Source: a bacterium
GTDB taxonomy: Bacteria > J088 > JAWLBW01
Assembly (NCBI GenBank): GCA_041690355.1
Contig: JAWLHK010000008.1
Span: forward strand, 133,374-197,373
Direction of reading: 5' to 3'
Length of the DNA stretch: 64,000 bases
In this document: piece after piece, positions 10,645 to 20,587 of the stretch
Layout: each line of letters opens with the position of its first letter
Position numbering within the stretch: position 1 is the first letter of the stretch
Notes under the pieces: generated by a model
What the model was told of the DNA's origin: nothing
Database searches by the model: none
The model's input: only the letters and a program-made list of their open reading frames with translations
Translations under genes and position numbers: made by a program

Positions 10645-11541
10645 ATGCGGAAAGTTCTGATGGCCGTGTGGATGATCGTGCTGGCGGCTGCGGGGGCGAC
10701 CTTGCTCCCGCCGGCGGCGTTGGCCAACGACCGGGACGACCAGGCACTGCTGCGGGAGTTTGCCGCCGCGGACTACCGCGATCTGGATCGGCTGCGCGCG
10801 ATGCTCTCGCGCTTCGAGGCGCACATCCACGATCACAAGGGCGACGTCTCGGGCGACGTGCTCGTCTATGCCGCGAGCATGGCCTCATGTCTGTGGAATG
10901 TGACCGCTTCTGCGGAGGAACAGAAGCGCATCTCGGAGCTCGGCTACCAATGGGCGAAGCTTCTGTACGCGCGGGAGCCGCAGCGCATCGACGCCGGCTA
11001 CTTCATGGCCCTCAATCTCTTCATGTACGCCTCGAGCCGGGGGATTCTGGACACCCTCTTCGCCCTGCGCGACGTGCGCAAGTATGCCGACGAGACGTAC
11101 GCGAAGGATAAGGCGTACTTCCACCACTCGGCCGGCATCCTTCTCGGCGCGCTCTATCACGATGCGCCCGGGTTCCCCATCGCGTTCGGCGACGCGGCCA
11201 AGGGGATCACTTATCTGGAAGAAGCGATCCGCACCGAGCCGAAGCAGACGACGGCCATCATGCTCTACGCCGGGATTCTCGCGGAAAAAGGGGATCGTCA
11301 GGGAACCGAGGCGGCGCTCCGGAAGATCCTCGCCATCCCGGGCTGGAAGAATCCGCGCACGATGATCGAGAAGGACATGGACTTCTGGTGGCACGTCGAC
11401 CGCATCCGGGCGGCGCGCGGCCTCCAGGCCCTGCAGGAAGGGACCGCGCTGGGCGATCTTCGCCCGCTGCTCGAGGCGGCGCCGCGCCGGATCAAGGGGG
11501 CCTCGCTGGTCGCGGCCCTGCAGGAGGCCGGGGGGCGCTGA
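10645..11541 (+). CDS. Secreted TPR protein, TatT/BstC-like (paralog of 8101-8910)
   Basis: Signal peptide. GILDTL...LGALYHDAPGFPIAFGDAAKG aligns by eye with the 8101 protein. Confidence 0.7.
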   Translation: MRKVLMAVWMIVLAAAGATLLPPAALANDRDDQALLREFAAADYRDLDRLRAMLSRFEAHIHDHKGDVSGDVLVYAASMASCLWNVTASAEEQKRISELGYQWAKLLYAREPQRIDAGYFMALNLFMYASSRGILDTLFALRDVRKYADETYAKDKAYFHHSAGILLGALYHDAPGFPIAFGDAAKGITYLEEAIRTEPKQTTAIMLYAGILAEKGDRQGTEAALRKILAIPGWKNPRTMIEKDMDFWWHVDRIRAARGLQALQEGTALGDLRPLLEAAPRRIKGASLVAALQEAGGR

Positions 11542-11578
11542 ACCGCGGCGGGTTCACGCACCGCGCGCAACGTTGGCG

Positions 11579-11728
11579 CTAGACGACCCTGCGCCCCTGG
11601 ACGATCTGCACGATAAGGATGATCGCGGCGACCACGAGCAGGATATGGAGCAAGCCGCCCAGCGAGGTTGACGTCAGCATCCCCAGCGCCCACAGGACGA
11701 CCAGAAGTATAATCAGGGTCCACAGCAT
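11579..11728 (-). CDS. Small membrane protein, lmo0937/DUF5670 family
   Basis: MLWTLIILLVVLWALG...GGLLHILLVVAAIILIVQIVQGRR. GGGAGAG RBS. Confidence 0.85.
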   Translation of the reverse strand: MLWTLIILLVVLWALGMLTSTSLGGLLHILLVVAAIILIVQIVQGRRVV

Positions 11729-12014
11729 GAGTTCTCTCCCGTTTGCCGATGCGCCGCATGGAACCGGACAACCCCTCGATTTCGAAGGCAGTGTCGTGCC
11801 GCCGCGCGGCAGGATCATGCTGGCACGGGACGACATCAATCGCATCCCCAAGGGCTCGCGCGGCGAGCGGTAACATGGGCCGCTTCGGACCGACGGCCGC
11901 GCCGCATGCAGGCTGCTTTGCGAACCTCCCGCGCACATGTGGCCGCCGACACGGCGCCGGTTGTCGTCGCTCCTCGACAACCTCCACAGACTGAGTGGGA
12001 CAAGGAGCACTCCC

Positions 12015-12674
12015 ATGCAGGAAAAATTCAATCTGCCTCTGCTCGGCGACGACTTCCCCAGGATGACCGTTCATACGACCTACGGCACCATGACGCTGCC
12101 CGACGACTATCGCGGCAAGTGGTGGGTGCTGTTCAGCCACCCTGCCGACTTCACCCCCGTCTGCACGACCGAGTTCGTCGGTTTCCAGAATCGCATCGAA
12201 GAATTCCGGAAGCTCGGAGCCGAGCTGATCGGTATGTCGATCGACCAAGTCTTTTCGCACATCAAATGGGTCGAGTGGATTCGCGAGAAGCTCGACGTGA
12301 ACATCGAATTCCCCATCATTTCGGGAAACGATGCGATCGCCCTGCAGCTCGGCATGCTGCACCCGGGTAAGGGGACAAGCACCGTGCGCGCCGTTTTCGT
12401 AATGGATCCGCAGAGCAAGGTGCGACTGATGCTCTACTATCCGCAGGAGATCGGGCGCAACATCGACGAGGTGGTGCGGGTCGTCCAGGCCCTGCAGCTT
12501 TCCGATCGTGAGGGGGCTGTCCCGGCCGACTGGCCGAAGAATGAACTGCTGGGCGATCGTGTGATCGTGCCGCCGCCCCGGGACATCCGCGAGATTGAAG
12601 GCCGGCGCGAAAAGTACGAGTGCTACGACTGGTGGTTCTGCCACAAGCCGTTGGAGCAGCGTCCGGGAGCCTGA
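12015..12674 (+). CDS. Peroxiredoxin (Prx6/TDXH-like with C-terminal cysteines)
   Basis: [19 protein letters not shown] and C-terminal CYDWWFC. AGGAG RBS. Confidence 0.93.
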   Translation: MQEKFNLPLLGDDFPRMTVHTTYGTMTLPDDYRGKWWVLFSHPADFTPVCTTEFVGFQNRIEEFRKLGAELIGMSIDQVFSHIKWVEWIREKLDVNIEFPIISGNDAIALQLGMLHPGKGTSTVRAVFVMDPQSKVRLMLYYPQEIGRNIDEVVRVVQALQLSDREGAVPADWPKNELLGDRVIVPPPRDIREIEGRREKYECYDWWFCHKPLEQRPGA

Positions 12675-12757
12675 TCGTACGGCGTTAGCGCACAGGAGCC
12701 GGATGTGGTGGACTGTGGAGAGCGGCGTACACGTGCACCCACGCCCATCCGACCCTG

Positions 12758-13498
12758 ATGACGACACTGGCCTGGATTCTTCTCGGCGGATTTCTGATGA
12801 GCGCCATCGCGCTCATCGGCAGCATTACCCTTTTGCTTCCGCGCGCCGTGCTCGGCGCCGTTCTCCTGCCGCTGGTCTCCATCGCCGCCGGGACCCTGCT
12901 CGGCGGCGCATTTTTTCACATGCTCCCCACCGGCATCGAGAGCCTGGGCCCCATCGCGGGGGGTGGGTGGCTTCTCGCCGGTTTCACGGTCTTTCTCGGT
13001 CTCGAGCAGTTTCTCCACTGGCATCACGGCCATGGCCCGGCACAGGAATACCGCAAGCCGATGACCTGGCTCATCCTGATCGGCGACGGCCTCCACAACT
13101 TTCTCGGCGGGCTCGGCATCGCCAGCACCTTTCTCGTGAATCCGCAGGCCGGCATGACCGCCTGGATTGCGGCCGCCGCCCACGAGGTGCCCCAGGAACT
13201 GGGCGATTTCGGAATCCTGCTGCACGGCGGCATGCGGCGCTCGCACGCCCTGCTCCTGAACTTCGCTTCGGGGCTCATGTTCCTTCTCGGCGCCCTGACG
13301 GCCTACGCAATCTCCTTCCAGTTCGAGGTGGCGGGGCTCATCCTCTTCGGGGCCGGAAATTTCATCTACATCGCCGCGTCGGACCTGATCCCGGAATTCA
13401 AATCGCACGCCGGGCTGGGCAAGGGAGTTCTCAATTTTGTCTCCTTTGTAACGGGGGTCGGCCTGATGTGGGTTCTCGCCCTGTGGTCTCCTCATTAA
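12758..13498 (+). CDS. ZIP-family metal transporter
   Basis: Multi-TM, His-rich loop HWHHGH, DGLHNF and HEVPQELGDF. Confidence 0.92.
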   Translation: MTTLAWILLGGFLMSAIALIGSITLLLPRAVLGAVLLPLVSIAAGTLLGGAFFHMLPTGIESLGPIAGGGWLLAGFTVFLGLEQFLHWHHGHGPAQEYRKPMTWLILIGDGLHNFLGGLGIASTFLVNPQAGMTAWIAAAAHEVPQELGDFGILLHGGMRRSHALLLNFASGLMFLLGALTAYAISFQFEVAGLILFGAGNFIYIAASDLIPEFKSHAGLGKGVLNFVSFVTGVGLMWVLALWSPH

Positions 13499-13514
13499 GG
13501 GGAGGGAGGACGCG

Positions 13515-13994
13515 ATGCAAGAGGACCTGACGGCCGAAGAAATCAATGCCCTGCACGAAGCGCTCGACGACGAATACCGGGCGCGCGCGATCTACGGGCA
13601 GGTACTCGCCGACTTCGGCGACGTGCGTCCCTTCAGCAATATCGTGGAAGCCGAGACGCGTCACATCGAAGCCCTGCGGGTCTTGTTCGCGCGATACGGA
13701 CTATCCTTTCCCGAAGACCCGTGGCCGGGCAAAGTCGAACGGTACGCGAGCGTGCGCGAGGCGTGCGCCGCCGGCGTTGAGGCCGAGATCGCCAACGCGG
13801 CGCTCTATGACCGGTTGAAGGCGAGCACCCGCCGCCCGGATATCCTCGCCGTGTTCGGCAACCTGCAGGCCGCGTCGCAGGAGCGTCATCTGCCCGCATT
13901 CCAGCGCTGCGCGCAGCGGTCGGGTCAGGGTGCGGGGCGCGGTACCGGAGGCGGTAGACGAATGCGCCGCCGCCGGGGCCGGGATCTGGATTGA
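13515..13994 (+). CDS. Ferritin-like protein (DUF2202-like)
   Basis: DDEYRA, EAETRH, EAEIAN and SQERHLPAF di-iron-type ExxH pattern. Confidence 0.8.
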   Translation: MQEDLTAEEINALHEALDDEYRARAIYGQVLADFGDVRPFSNIVEAETRHIEALRVLFARYGLSFPEDPWPGKVERYASVREACAAGVEAEIANAALYDRLKASTRRPDILAVFGNLQAASQERHLPAFQRCAQRSGQGAGRGTGGGRRMRRRRGRDLD

Positions 13995-14109
13995 TCATCG
14001 TCAACGGTCCCGATGTTCGGCCCGTTTGTAGAATACGGCGCTCGTCGGTATAGTCATGGTTGCCGGCCTTATGCCGGCGTCTCCGCATCCCCACGCATCC
14101 GGAGTGCCG

Positions 14110-14685
14110 ATGAAGATCGCCACCCTCACGCTCCAAGATCTGCTCGCCATGAGCCACCGCCAGGTCGCCGAGGTCTTTTTCAACGGCCACCCGATTGAAC
14201 CGGGATCGCTCGACGGCATGCAGTACCGCGGAATCGATCTGAGTCTGCCGCCGATCATGAACCGGATCCTGTGGAAGACGTTCCGCAAGACCTTCTACCG
14301 CGATCCGGAGACCGGCGTGCTGCGCGGGTGGAACGTGCGCATGGCGCAGGACGGCTGGGACAGCCCGGGGACGCCGCTGCAGAAGAAGGGAAAGCCGTTC
14401 ACCTTCGGGCACTATCACCTGTTGCCCGCGAAGGGAAAGCCGTTCCCGAAGAACTGGCAGGGGCAGGACTACCTCGATTACAGCGTGGCGGGAAATCCGC
14501 TCTTCGATCCGGCGCGCTTCACGTACAGCCCGCTCGTCGCCGTGAACCCCGGCGACTCCACCCTGCTGCTCGGGTGGGAAGTCTTCCGCGTGGCGGGCAT
14601 TCCGTTCGCCATCCCTGACTTCTGGGCGCTGCGGCACGAAGGCCCGATTGACTACATCGCACCCGTGCCCGGCAAGGCACGGTGA
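14110..14685 (+). CDS. Hypothetical protein
   Basis: Host-like codon usage and GGAG RBS before ATG 14110. Motifs LDGMQYRG, WKTFRKTF and LDY...NP. Confidence 0.7.
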   Translation: MKIATLTLQDLLAMSHRQVAEVFFNGHPIEPGSLDGMQYRGIDLSLPPIMNRILWKTFRKTFYRDPETGVLRGWNVRMAQDGWDSPGTPLQKKGKPFTFGHYHLLPAKGKPFPKNWQGQDYLDYSVAGNPLFDPARFTYSPLVAVNPGDSTLLLGWEVFRVAGIPFAIPDFWALRHEGPIDYIAPVPGKAR

Positions 14686-14712
14686 TCCGCTTTCGCAAGG
14701 GAAGGTACATTC

Positions 14713-16005
14713 ATGAAACGCATGCTTCTTCTCCTTGGCCTTCTGATCTTCGGCGCCGGGCCGGCCAGCGCTGCCGTCCCCTCCATTCGCGATCTGGGGG
14801 TCAACGCCGAGGCCCTCGCGCCGCTCATCGGCGAGAGCCAGCTCATTCTGCTGCATGAGCCACGCCGCTTTACCTGGACCGCCGACGGCGAAACGTACAC
14901 GAAGAAGGCGCAGTTCATCAGCAGCCTGCAGGTGATCGCCGCGCCGCCGGACGCCGTCCGCAAGGTCGTCGCCGCCGTGAGCGACTACCCGAAGTTCATG
15001 GCCGAAATGGAAGAGGTCGTCGAACGCACCGAGGGCGGCCGCCGCCTCGTCGACGTCGAATCCGAACACAACGCCATCGTGCTGTCGGTCGGCGTCGACT
15101 ACACGATCGCGGTCACCGAAGAAACCAGCGGCGACATCACCTGGAACCTGGTCGAAGGAGATCTGGACGGGCTTGCCGCCCGATGGGAATTTTTTCCGCT
15201 GCCCGGCGGGCGCACCCTGCTCGCTTTCACGAGCTGGCAGGACTTCGAATCGATCAGCTTCACCGTGCGCACGATCATGCGCGCGCAGCCCGATTTCCGC
15301 ACCGTCATTCCGGTCGCTTCGGCAGCCGTCATGATGACCTCCGTCGCGCGCCGGGCCTCGGGTCTCCCCTCCGATCCGCGCAAGGCGGTGAAGGAGATGC
15401 AGAAAACGCCGCGCATCCCCCTGCTGTCGACGAGCGGGTCGGCCGAGTCGGTGGCGGCGATGCGCAGACTCGCCGAGGTCGGCACGTTCATGCTGATCCA
15501 CCCGGTGCAGTGGCTCGAGGGAAAGAAGGGGAAGCCGCAGGAGTTTCTCTTCATGAGTGCCGGCGCGATCACCCCGTTCCCGGTCGATCGGCTGAAGACG
15601 CTCACCACGGCCTACGAGCGCATCCCCGAGTACCTCCCGAACCAGGTCGATTCGGTGAAGCGGGTCGCCGGGGAGGGCGGCGAGTACGACTTCAAGCTCA
15701 AGATCGGCATCTCGATTCTCACCGTGGGAGTGCGCTACCGGCTCGCCTTTGAAGAGCAGTCGCCCGTGGCGATCACCTTTCACAACGTCGCGGGCGACAT
15801 GGAGCACATCTACGGAGCCCGTGAGTTCTTCGACCTGGGCGACGGGAAGTCGCTCTTCTTCTACACGACGGGGTCGGTCATGGGCGAGGATGCGCCCGCC
15901 ATTCTCAAGGTCGGCCAGGATGCGCCGAACCGTGACCTCATCATCGGCATCTCGTCGACCGCGCTGTTCATGCAGAAGCTGCTCCCCTGGCTCGAAAAGC
16001 AGTAA
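14713..16005 (+). CDS. Secreted protein with two START/SRPBCC-like domains
   Basis: Signal peptide and two similar halves (DYPKFMAEM...WNLVEGDLDGLAARWEF; YERIPEYLP...FHNVAGDMEHIYGAREF). Confidence 0.7.
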   Translation: MKRMLLLLGLLIFGAGPASAAVPSIRDLGVNAEALAPLIGESQLILLHEPRRFTWTADGETYTKKAQFISSLQVIAAPPDAVRKVVAAVSDYPKFMAEMEEVVERTEGGRRLVDVESEHNAIVLSVGVDYTIAVTEETSGDITWNLVEGDLDGLAARWEFFPLPGGRTLLAFTSWQDFESISFTVRTIMRAQPDFRTVIPVASAAVMMTSVARRASGLPSDPRKAVKEMQKTPRIPLLSTSGSAESVAAMRRLAEVGTFMLIHPVQWLEGKKGKPQEFLFMSAGAITPFPVDRLKTLTTAYERIPEYLPNQVDSVKRVAGEGGEYDFKLKIGISILTVGVRYRLAFEEQSPVAITFHNVAGDMEHIYGAREFFDLGDGKSLFFYTTGSVMGEDAPAILKVGQDAPNRDLIIGISSTALFMQKLLPWLEKQ

Positions 16006-16138
16006 CGGGACGTCGGACGCCGGACGTCGGACGCCGGTGAAACAAGGACGCGGAAACGAATCCGCTGGCGTTCCCACCCTTCTTTTCGGGGAGCAGGGCC
16101 GCCATGCGTGCGCTTCACGGCCTGTGTGCAGGCACGGA

Positions 16139-16750
16139 TTACTGCGTCACCCGCAAGAAGATCTGGTTGGTCTGCGCCCAGTAGACTTCGAGCGTATTGC
16201 AGCCGGGCTCCAGCTCGTTCTCGTAAAAGGCGCCGCCCTGTTCTACGGGCGTATACTCGGCGCCGAAAGCCGTGTCGAGTGAGCCGTAGTTGCGCCCCTT
16301 GATCGTATAAAGCACCGTGGGCGAGCCGCGCCCTTCGACCATCTGGCCCGATACCTGGTAGTGCTGGCTGCAATCGCCTTTGGTGCTGAGCGGCCGGTAG
16401 CTCTGGCCGTTGATGATGATGTCGGTGATGACGGTCGCGTTCCCGTTGAAAACCTCCGGGTCGGCGTAGAACTGCACATAGGCGACGCCCGCGCCGGTCT
16501 CGGTACCCGTGTCGGTGCCGGTCTCGGACGAATAGTCTGTCTCGTCGTACCCCATGCAGTTTTCATAGGTCGTGGAGCAGAACGGGTGTATCGATGTGGC
16601 GTCGTAGCAGCAGCCCGATTCGCACTCGTTGTTCGATCGGCAGTCTTCGCCGCCCCCCTTGAGCCCGTCATCGGGCACAAACAGGGGGCCGCAGCCCGTT
16701 ATCGAGGCAAAGAGGAAGAGGAAAGCAGGAATACGGAGCTGCGCGAACAT
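16139..16750 (-). CDS. Hypothetical lipoprotein with Cys-rich module
   Basis: Lipobox-like ITGC, CRSNNECESGCC module and a Thr/Gly linker. Confidence 0.7.
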   Translation of the reverse strand: MFAQLRIPAFLFLFASITGCGPLFVPDDGLKGGGEDCRSNNECESGCCYDATSIHPFCSTTYENCMGYDETDYSSETGTDTGTETGAGVAYVQFYADPEVFNGNATVITDIIINGQSYRPLSTKGDCSQHYQVSGQMVEGRGSPTVLYTIKGRNYGSLDTAFGAEYTPVEQGGAFYENELEPGCNTLEVYWAQTNQIFLRVTQ

Positions 16751-16866
16751 GAAACCCCCGGTGTATCGCCATGTGCATCGGAAAACGCCCGATACGTGTA
16801 AGCGATACATGATATAGCGGGGCGCAGATTCAGGCAAGCGCTGCGCCAACCGGTGTGGCGCCTCCC

Positions 16867-17250
16867 TCAGATCGGCAGCGCCATCTGGGGGCGGTTGTTC
16901 ACGCTCTCGCGGTAGCTCATCGCGAAAGCATGCGCGGCCACGACCCCTTCGGTCTGGAGATCGGCCGCCCAGGCGAGCAGGAGCTGCTCGCGGTTCTCGC
17001 CCTGCCGGTACCCGAGCCAGTCGGCCACGATCTCGGTGACCTTCTCGAAGGTGTACGGTTCAGAGCCAAGGCGCTTGAACTGGGCGCTCCCCTGTTTGTA
17101 GGCGGCCTTCGTCTGCTTGAAGGAACGCCGGCCGGCGCGCACGCTGAAGAAGAGCGCCGATGAGAGCACGTGCTCCCAGGTTTCGAGAAAGACCTCGAGG
17201 GGGGGAACTTCCCAGGGGGCGACCAGTTGTCGATCGATGCGGTACGGCAT
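16867..17250 (-). CDS. Hypothetical protein (127 aa)
   Basis: ATG-started ORF with host-like codon usage and globular composition. Confidence 0.6.
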   Translation of the reverse strand: MPYRIDRQLVAPWEVPPLEVFLETWEHVLSSALFFSVRAGRRSFKQTKAAYKQGSAQFKRLGSEPYTFEKVTEIVADWLGYRQGENREQLLLAWAADLQTEGVVAAHAFAMSYRESVNNRPQMALPI

Positions 17251-17359
17251 GGGCAGGGAAATGCTTGGTGGCTAGCGGCGCAGTCAGTTTATCAGCGCCG
17301 GGGCGGCCGCTGCAATTCCCCCGCCTTGACAATTCGGCAAGCCCGGAACAGCATGGGGT

Positions 17360-17542
17360 ATGAACGACCGAAATGCAGACCGCAAGCTGATCGAGCTCGA
17401 GGCGCGGCTCGTCGCCGTGCCCGCCAAGGCCGATGACGCGTTGCGCTGCGGACATCCGCGCGGGGCGCTGCAATGCCGCTTTCTGCACGCCTGCGAGGCG
17501 TGCCCGTTCGCCGAGCGGGTCGAGCTTGCGCCCGCGGCCTGA
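17360..17542 (+). CDS. Small Cys-rich hypothetical protein (60 aa)
   Basis: C-x8-C-x5-C-x2-C pattern. TTGACA at 17327 upstream. Converges on the GST stop. Confidence 0.45.
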   Translation: MNDRNADRKLIELEARLVAVPAKADDALRCGHPRGALQCRFLHACEACPFAERVELAPAA

Positions 17543-17554
17543 GCGCGGCGGGTA

Positions 17555-18340
17555 CTAGCGGGCCTCGTCGCCCGGGGCCGAGCCGATCTCCCCTTTGCGC
17601 GTGACGTCGCCGCCCGCCGGCGGCTCGCTGTAGTGCATGTCGCTGTACAGATCCTGAATCCACCGCACCTGCTGCGGCTGGCGCTGGCCCAGATCGATCT
17701 CCTGGTCGCGGTACTGCCCGCTGGTGCGCATCCGCTCGTACCAGGACGCCAGACGCAGGCGATCCTGCGGCACCTCGAAGCCGTGAAACTGGGCCACGGC
17801 ATAGACGGCGCCGTAGAGCGCGAAGTCGGCATAGGTCAGTTCTTCGAGCACATGGTCCTTGCCGGCCAGCAGATCGTCGAGGCGCCGCCATTCGTCTTCG
17901 ACCGCCCGCCAGTACTTGAGGCGATCCCGCACGAGGGTTTTGTACGCGCCGTATTCGGCATGGCGCTCGAGAAACGGCTTTCGCTCGCTCGCCTCGAGCG
18001 TGTCGGCCCAGAGGGGCACCAGGATCGGCATGCTCTTGCGCAGGAGACGCTCGCTCTCGCGCTCCCAGCGGGCGATGTCGGCGCGCCGCTCGTGGGGAAA
18101 CAGGGGGCGATCGGGATGGACCTCTTCGAGATAGCGTGCGATGGCCCCCGAGCCGGCCCGCACCGTGTCGGCGCCATGCTGCAGCACGGGTATCTGGCGG
18201 AACCCGGTCAGCTCGGCCAGCCTGTCGATCTGATCCCAGCGGACGTGGATCCGCTCGTGCGGGAGCGCCTTGTGGCCGAGCACCCGGCGCGCGCGTTCGG
18301 AAAAGGGACACTGCGGAGCCTCAAAGAGACGCAATTCCAC
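17555..18340 (-). CDS. Glutathione S-transferase family protein
   Basis: CPFSERAR, QIPVL, SGAIARYLEE and LTYADFALYG. GTG start after GGAGGT. Confidence 0.85.
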   Translation of the reverse strand: MELRLFEAPQCPFSERARRVLGHKALPHERIHVRWDQIDRLAELTGFRQIPVLQHGADTVRAGSGAIARYLEEVHPDRPLFPHERRADIARWERESERLLRKSMPILVPLWADTLEASERKPFLERHAEYGAYKTLVRDRLKYWRAVEDEWRRLDDLLAGKDHVLEELTYADFALYGAVYAVAQFHGFEVPQDRLRLASWYERMRTSGQYRDQEIDLGQRQPQQVRWIQDLYSDMHYSEPPAGGDVTRKGEIGSAPGDEAR

Positions 18341-18441
18341 GCGAGTACCTCCTGCTTCATTGGGCACCGCCGGCGGCGATCCGCATAGGGCGACCGCTCC
18401 ACGCGTTGCCGCGCGCGCAGCGCGTTGGTACCGTGAAACCG

Positions 18442-18756
18442 ATGCGCAACCGGATGCACGCCCTGCTGAAGCCCGAACGGCTGCTGCTCGCCGCCCTGGC
18501 GGGCACGGCGGCGTCGACGCTGTTCAAGCTGATCAGCGTGCTCAACCCCGGCACGCCCGAGTCGCAGATCATCGCCAGCCGTACGGTACCCTTCTTCGAG
18601 CACATGCTGGCCGCCGCCTACGTTACGGCGCTCGCCTGGATCCTCGGGGGGCGGGCCGCCGGGTGGATCCGGCGCTTCCCGCGTGGGGCGGCGGCGGTGC
18701 TCATCGGTCTCACCCTGGCATCGGGCGCGATGCAGTGGTTTTTCCCGAATTACTAG
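18442..18756 (+). CDS. Hypothetical membrane protein (~3 TM)
   Basis: Three hydrophobic segments. Start uncertain (18433/18442/18454). Confidence 0.55.
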   Translation: MRNRMHALLKPERLLLAALAGTAASTLFKLISVLNPGTPESQIIASRTVPFFEHMLAAAYVTALAWILGGRAAGWIRRFPRGAAAVLIGLTLASGAMQWFFPNY

Positions 18757-18770
18757 CCGCCGGATTCCGC

Positions 18771-19232
18771 ATGCACGCCATCGTCATCCTGCACGGACTC
18801 GCCGCTTCGCTCGCCATCGCCGCCGCCCTCCACGTCTACCTGCTGCTGCGCCGCCGCCCGTTTTTTCCGCGCGGGGCGAGCCTGGGGCTTCTGCTCACGC
18901 TGATCGCCGTCTACGTCCCCGGGTGGATCGCGTACCCACCCTTCCGCGGCGAGGTGCGCTTCGATCTCGTGCGCACGCTGCCGTGGGTCGTGAACCTGTT
19001 CGACGTGAAGGAGTTCCTCAGCTGGGGCGCGCTGCTGGCCGGAGTGGCGATATCGGCCATGGGGCTGCGGAGACGGGAGCGCATCCCCGAAGGGCTGCGG
19101 CCCGCCCTGCGGATCCTGACGGGGTTCGTGATCGCCGTGCTCGTCTTCAACACGGCCGTCGGCGTCTACATCGGAAGCCGTCACCCGCTGCCCGCCGACG
19201 GCGCGCGGCCCTCCGGTTCCGCCCGGCCCTAG
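18771..19232 (+). CDS. Hypothetical membrane protein (~4 TM)
   Basis: Four hydrophobic segments and a YPPFRGEVR...LFDVKEF loop. Confidence 0.65.
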   Translation: MHAIVILHGLAASLAIAAALHVYLLLRRRPFFPRGASLGLLLTLIAVYVPGWIAYPPFRGEVRFDLVRTLPWVVNLFDVKEFLSWGALLAGVAISAMGLRRRERIPEGLRPALRILTGFVIAVLVFNTAVGVYIGSRHPLPADGARPSGSARP

Positions 19233-19241
19233 CGGAACGGA

Positions 19242-20402
19242 TCAGCGGCGCAGGCCGAGCACGCGCGGGCACTCGGGATCGGGTGCGAAACGGTCGCCGG
19301 TGACGTGCTCGCTCACCACATGACATCCGCCGCGGCAGATCGCCAGGTAGCGGCACGACGCGCACGGTTCGGGCGCATTCCGCGTGTAGTTGCGGAAGGC
19401 AACGGCCTGCGGATGCGCATCCCAGTCTTCGGCCATGCGCTCGCCCGGACCCGCCGGTTCGTCGACGAAGCTGCACGCCGACCAGGTTCCCTCGGGCTGC
19501 ACGGCGGCGAGCACGTTGCCGGCTTCGCAGCCATGCACGCCGAAGCGATCGAGCAGTTCCGGATCGGGATCGAGGTCGCAGAGGAAGGGGACGAACGAGC
19601 AATCGATCTTGAGGGGAATGCGGTAGCGCCCCATCCAGACCTGCAGGTTCCGCAGGAAAGCCCGGTGCCGCTCCGGTTCCACCCGCTGCAGGGCGTACTG
19701 CAGCTTGCCCCGGCCGGTCGGCTTATAGCGCAGAAATTCCACTTCGGAGAGGCCGAGCCCTTCCGCATATTCCACCAGCTCCTGCAGATGGTCGACGTTC
19801 TGGCGCGTGACGACGCAGTTGATCCCCGGGTGGATGCCGGCGTCGAGCAGCAGGCGGATGCCGCGGTCGGCGCCCGGGAAGCCGTCGAAGCCGCGCACCT
19901 GGCGGTAGACGTCGCCCAGGCCGTCGACGCTGACGTTGATCTGGCCGAAGACGCGGCAGCGTTCCGCCAGGTCCGCCGTCAGGTTGAGCCCGTTCGTCGT
20001 CAGGTTGGGGACGATCCCCCGGGCGCGCGCATGTTCGGCCAGGTGGAACAGGTCGTCGCGCAGCATGCTCTCGCCGCCCCCCATGGCCATGTGGAAGATT
20101 CCCATGGCGGCGAGGCGATCGATGACGTCGACCCAGTAGGCCGTCGGGCGATCCTGTTCGCCCCGCTTGAGCGAGCTGTCGGTGTAGCATCCCCGGCAGG
20201 CGGCGTCGCACTTGCGCGTGATGGTCAGGTGGACTTCGGTGGGGGCCGAGAGATGGTCCGGTTCGGCCCCTTGCCAGCACGGATCTTCGGGGTGGCCGAG
20301 TTCGCGCATGTATTCGCGGTCGACGTAGAGCAGGGCGGGGGGATCTTCGGTCTGGAGAATGCCGCCGAAATGCTCGGGGCGGCGGCGCACGACGCGGGGC
20401 AT
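19242..20402 (-). CDS. Radical SAM/SPASM-domain protein
   Basis: CDAACRGC (CxxxCxxC), GGGE and TTNG. SPASM cysteines CEAG...ACSF...CASCRYLAICRGGC...PEC. Confidence 0.92.
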   Translation of the reverse strand: MPRVVRRRPEHFGGILQTEDPPALLYVDREYMRELGHPEDPCWQGAEPDHLSAPTEVHLTITRKCDAACRGCYTDSSLKRGEQDRPTAYWVDVIDRLAAMGIFHMAMGGGESMLRDDLFHLAEHARARGIVPNLTTNGLNLTADLAERCRVFGQINVSVDGLGDVYRQVRGFDGFPGADRGIRLLLDAGIHPGINCVVTRQNVDHLQELVEYAEGLGLSEVEFLRYKPTGRGKLQYALQRVEPERHRAFLRNLQVWMGRYRIPLKIDCSFVPFLCDLDPDPELLDRFGVHGCEAGNVLAAVQPEGTWSACSFVDEPAGPGERMAEDWDAHPQAVAFRNYTRNAPEPCASCRYLAICRGGCHVVSEHVTGDRFAPDPECPRVLGLRR

Positions 20403-20587
20403 CAGGTCTCCGCGGGCGGTTCTGCGCCCGCTTCTTGGCGCCCATCCCCCGACGGGCGCAGGTCGGAGAACATCGCCAGGAGAAAGGCGCCGGCCGATCC
20501 GATCCAGAGGAATGCGGAAAAGAGGCTGCCGATGGAGCTGGAATTCGGGTTGTAGCCGAGTTTGACTTTGAGAACCTTGCCGCGCAT
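20402..20587 (-). CDS. Small protein coupled to the rSAM gene (GYNPNSSS motif + one TM helix)
   Basis: TGATG stop/start overlap with the rSAM gene. TAGAAT -10-like box 7 nt upstream of ATG 20587. Confidence 0.75.
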   Translation of the reverse strand: MRGKVLKVKLGYNPNSSSIGSLFSAFLWIGSAGAFLLAMFSDLRPSGDGRQEAGAEPPAET

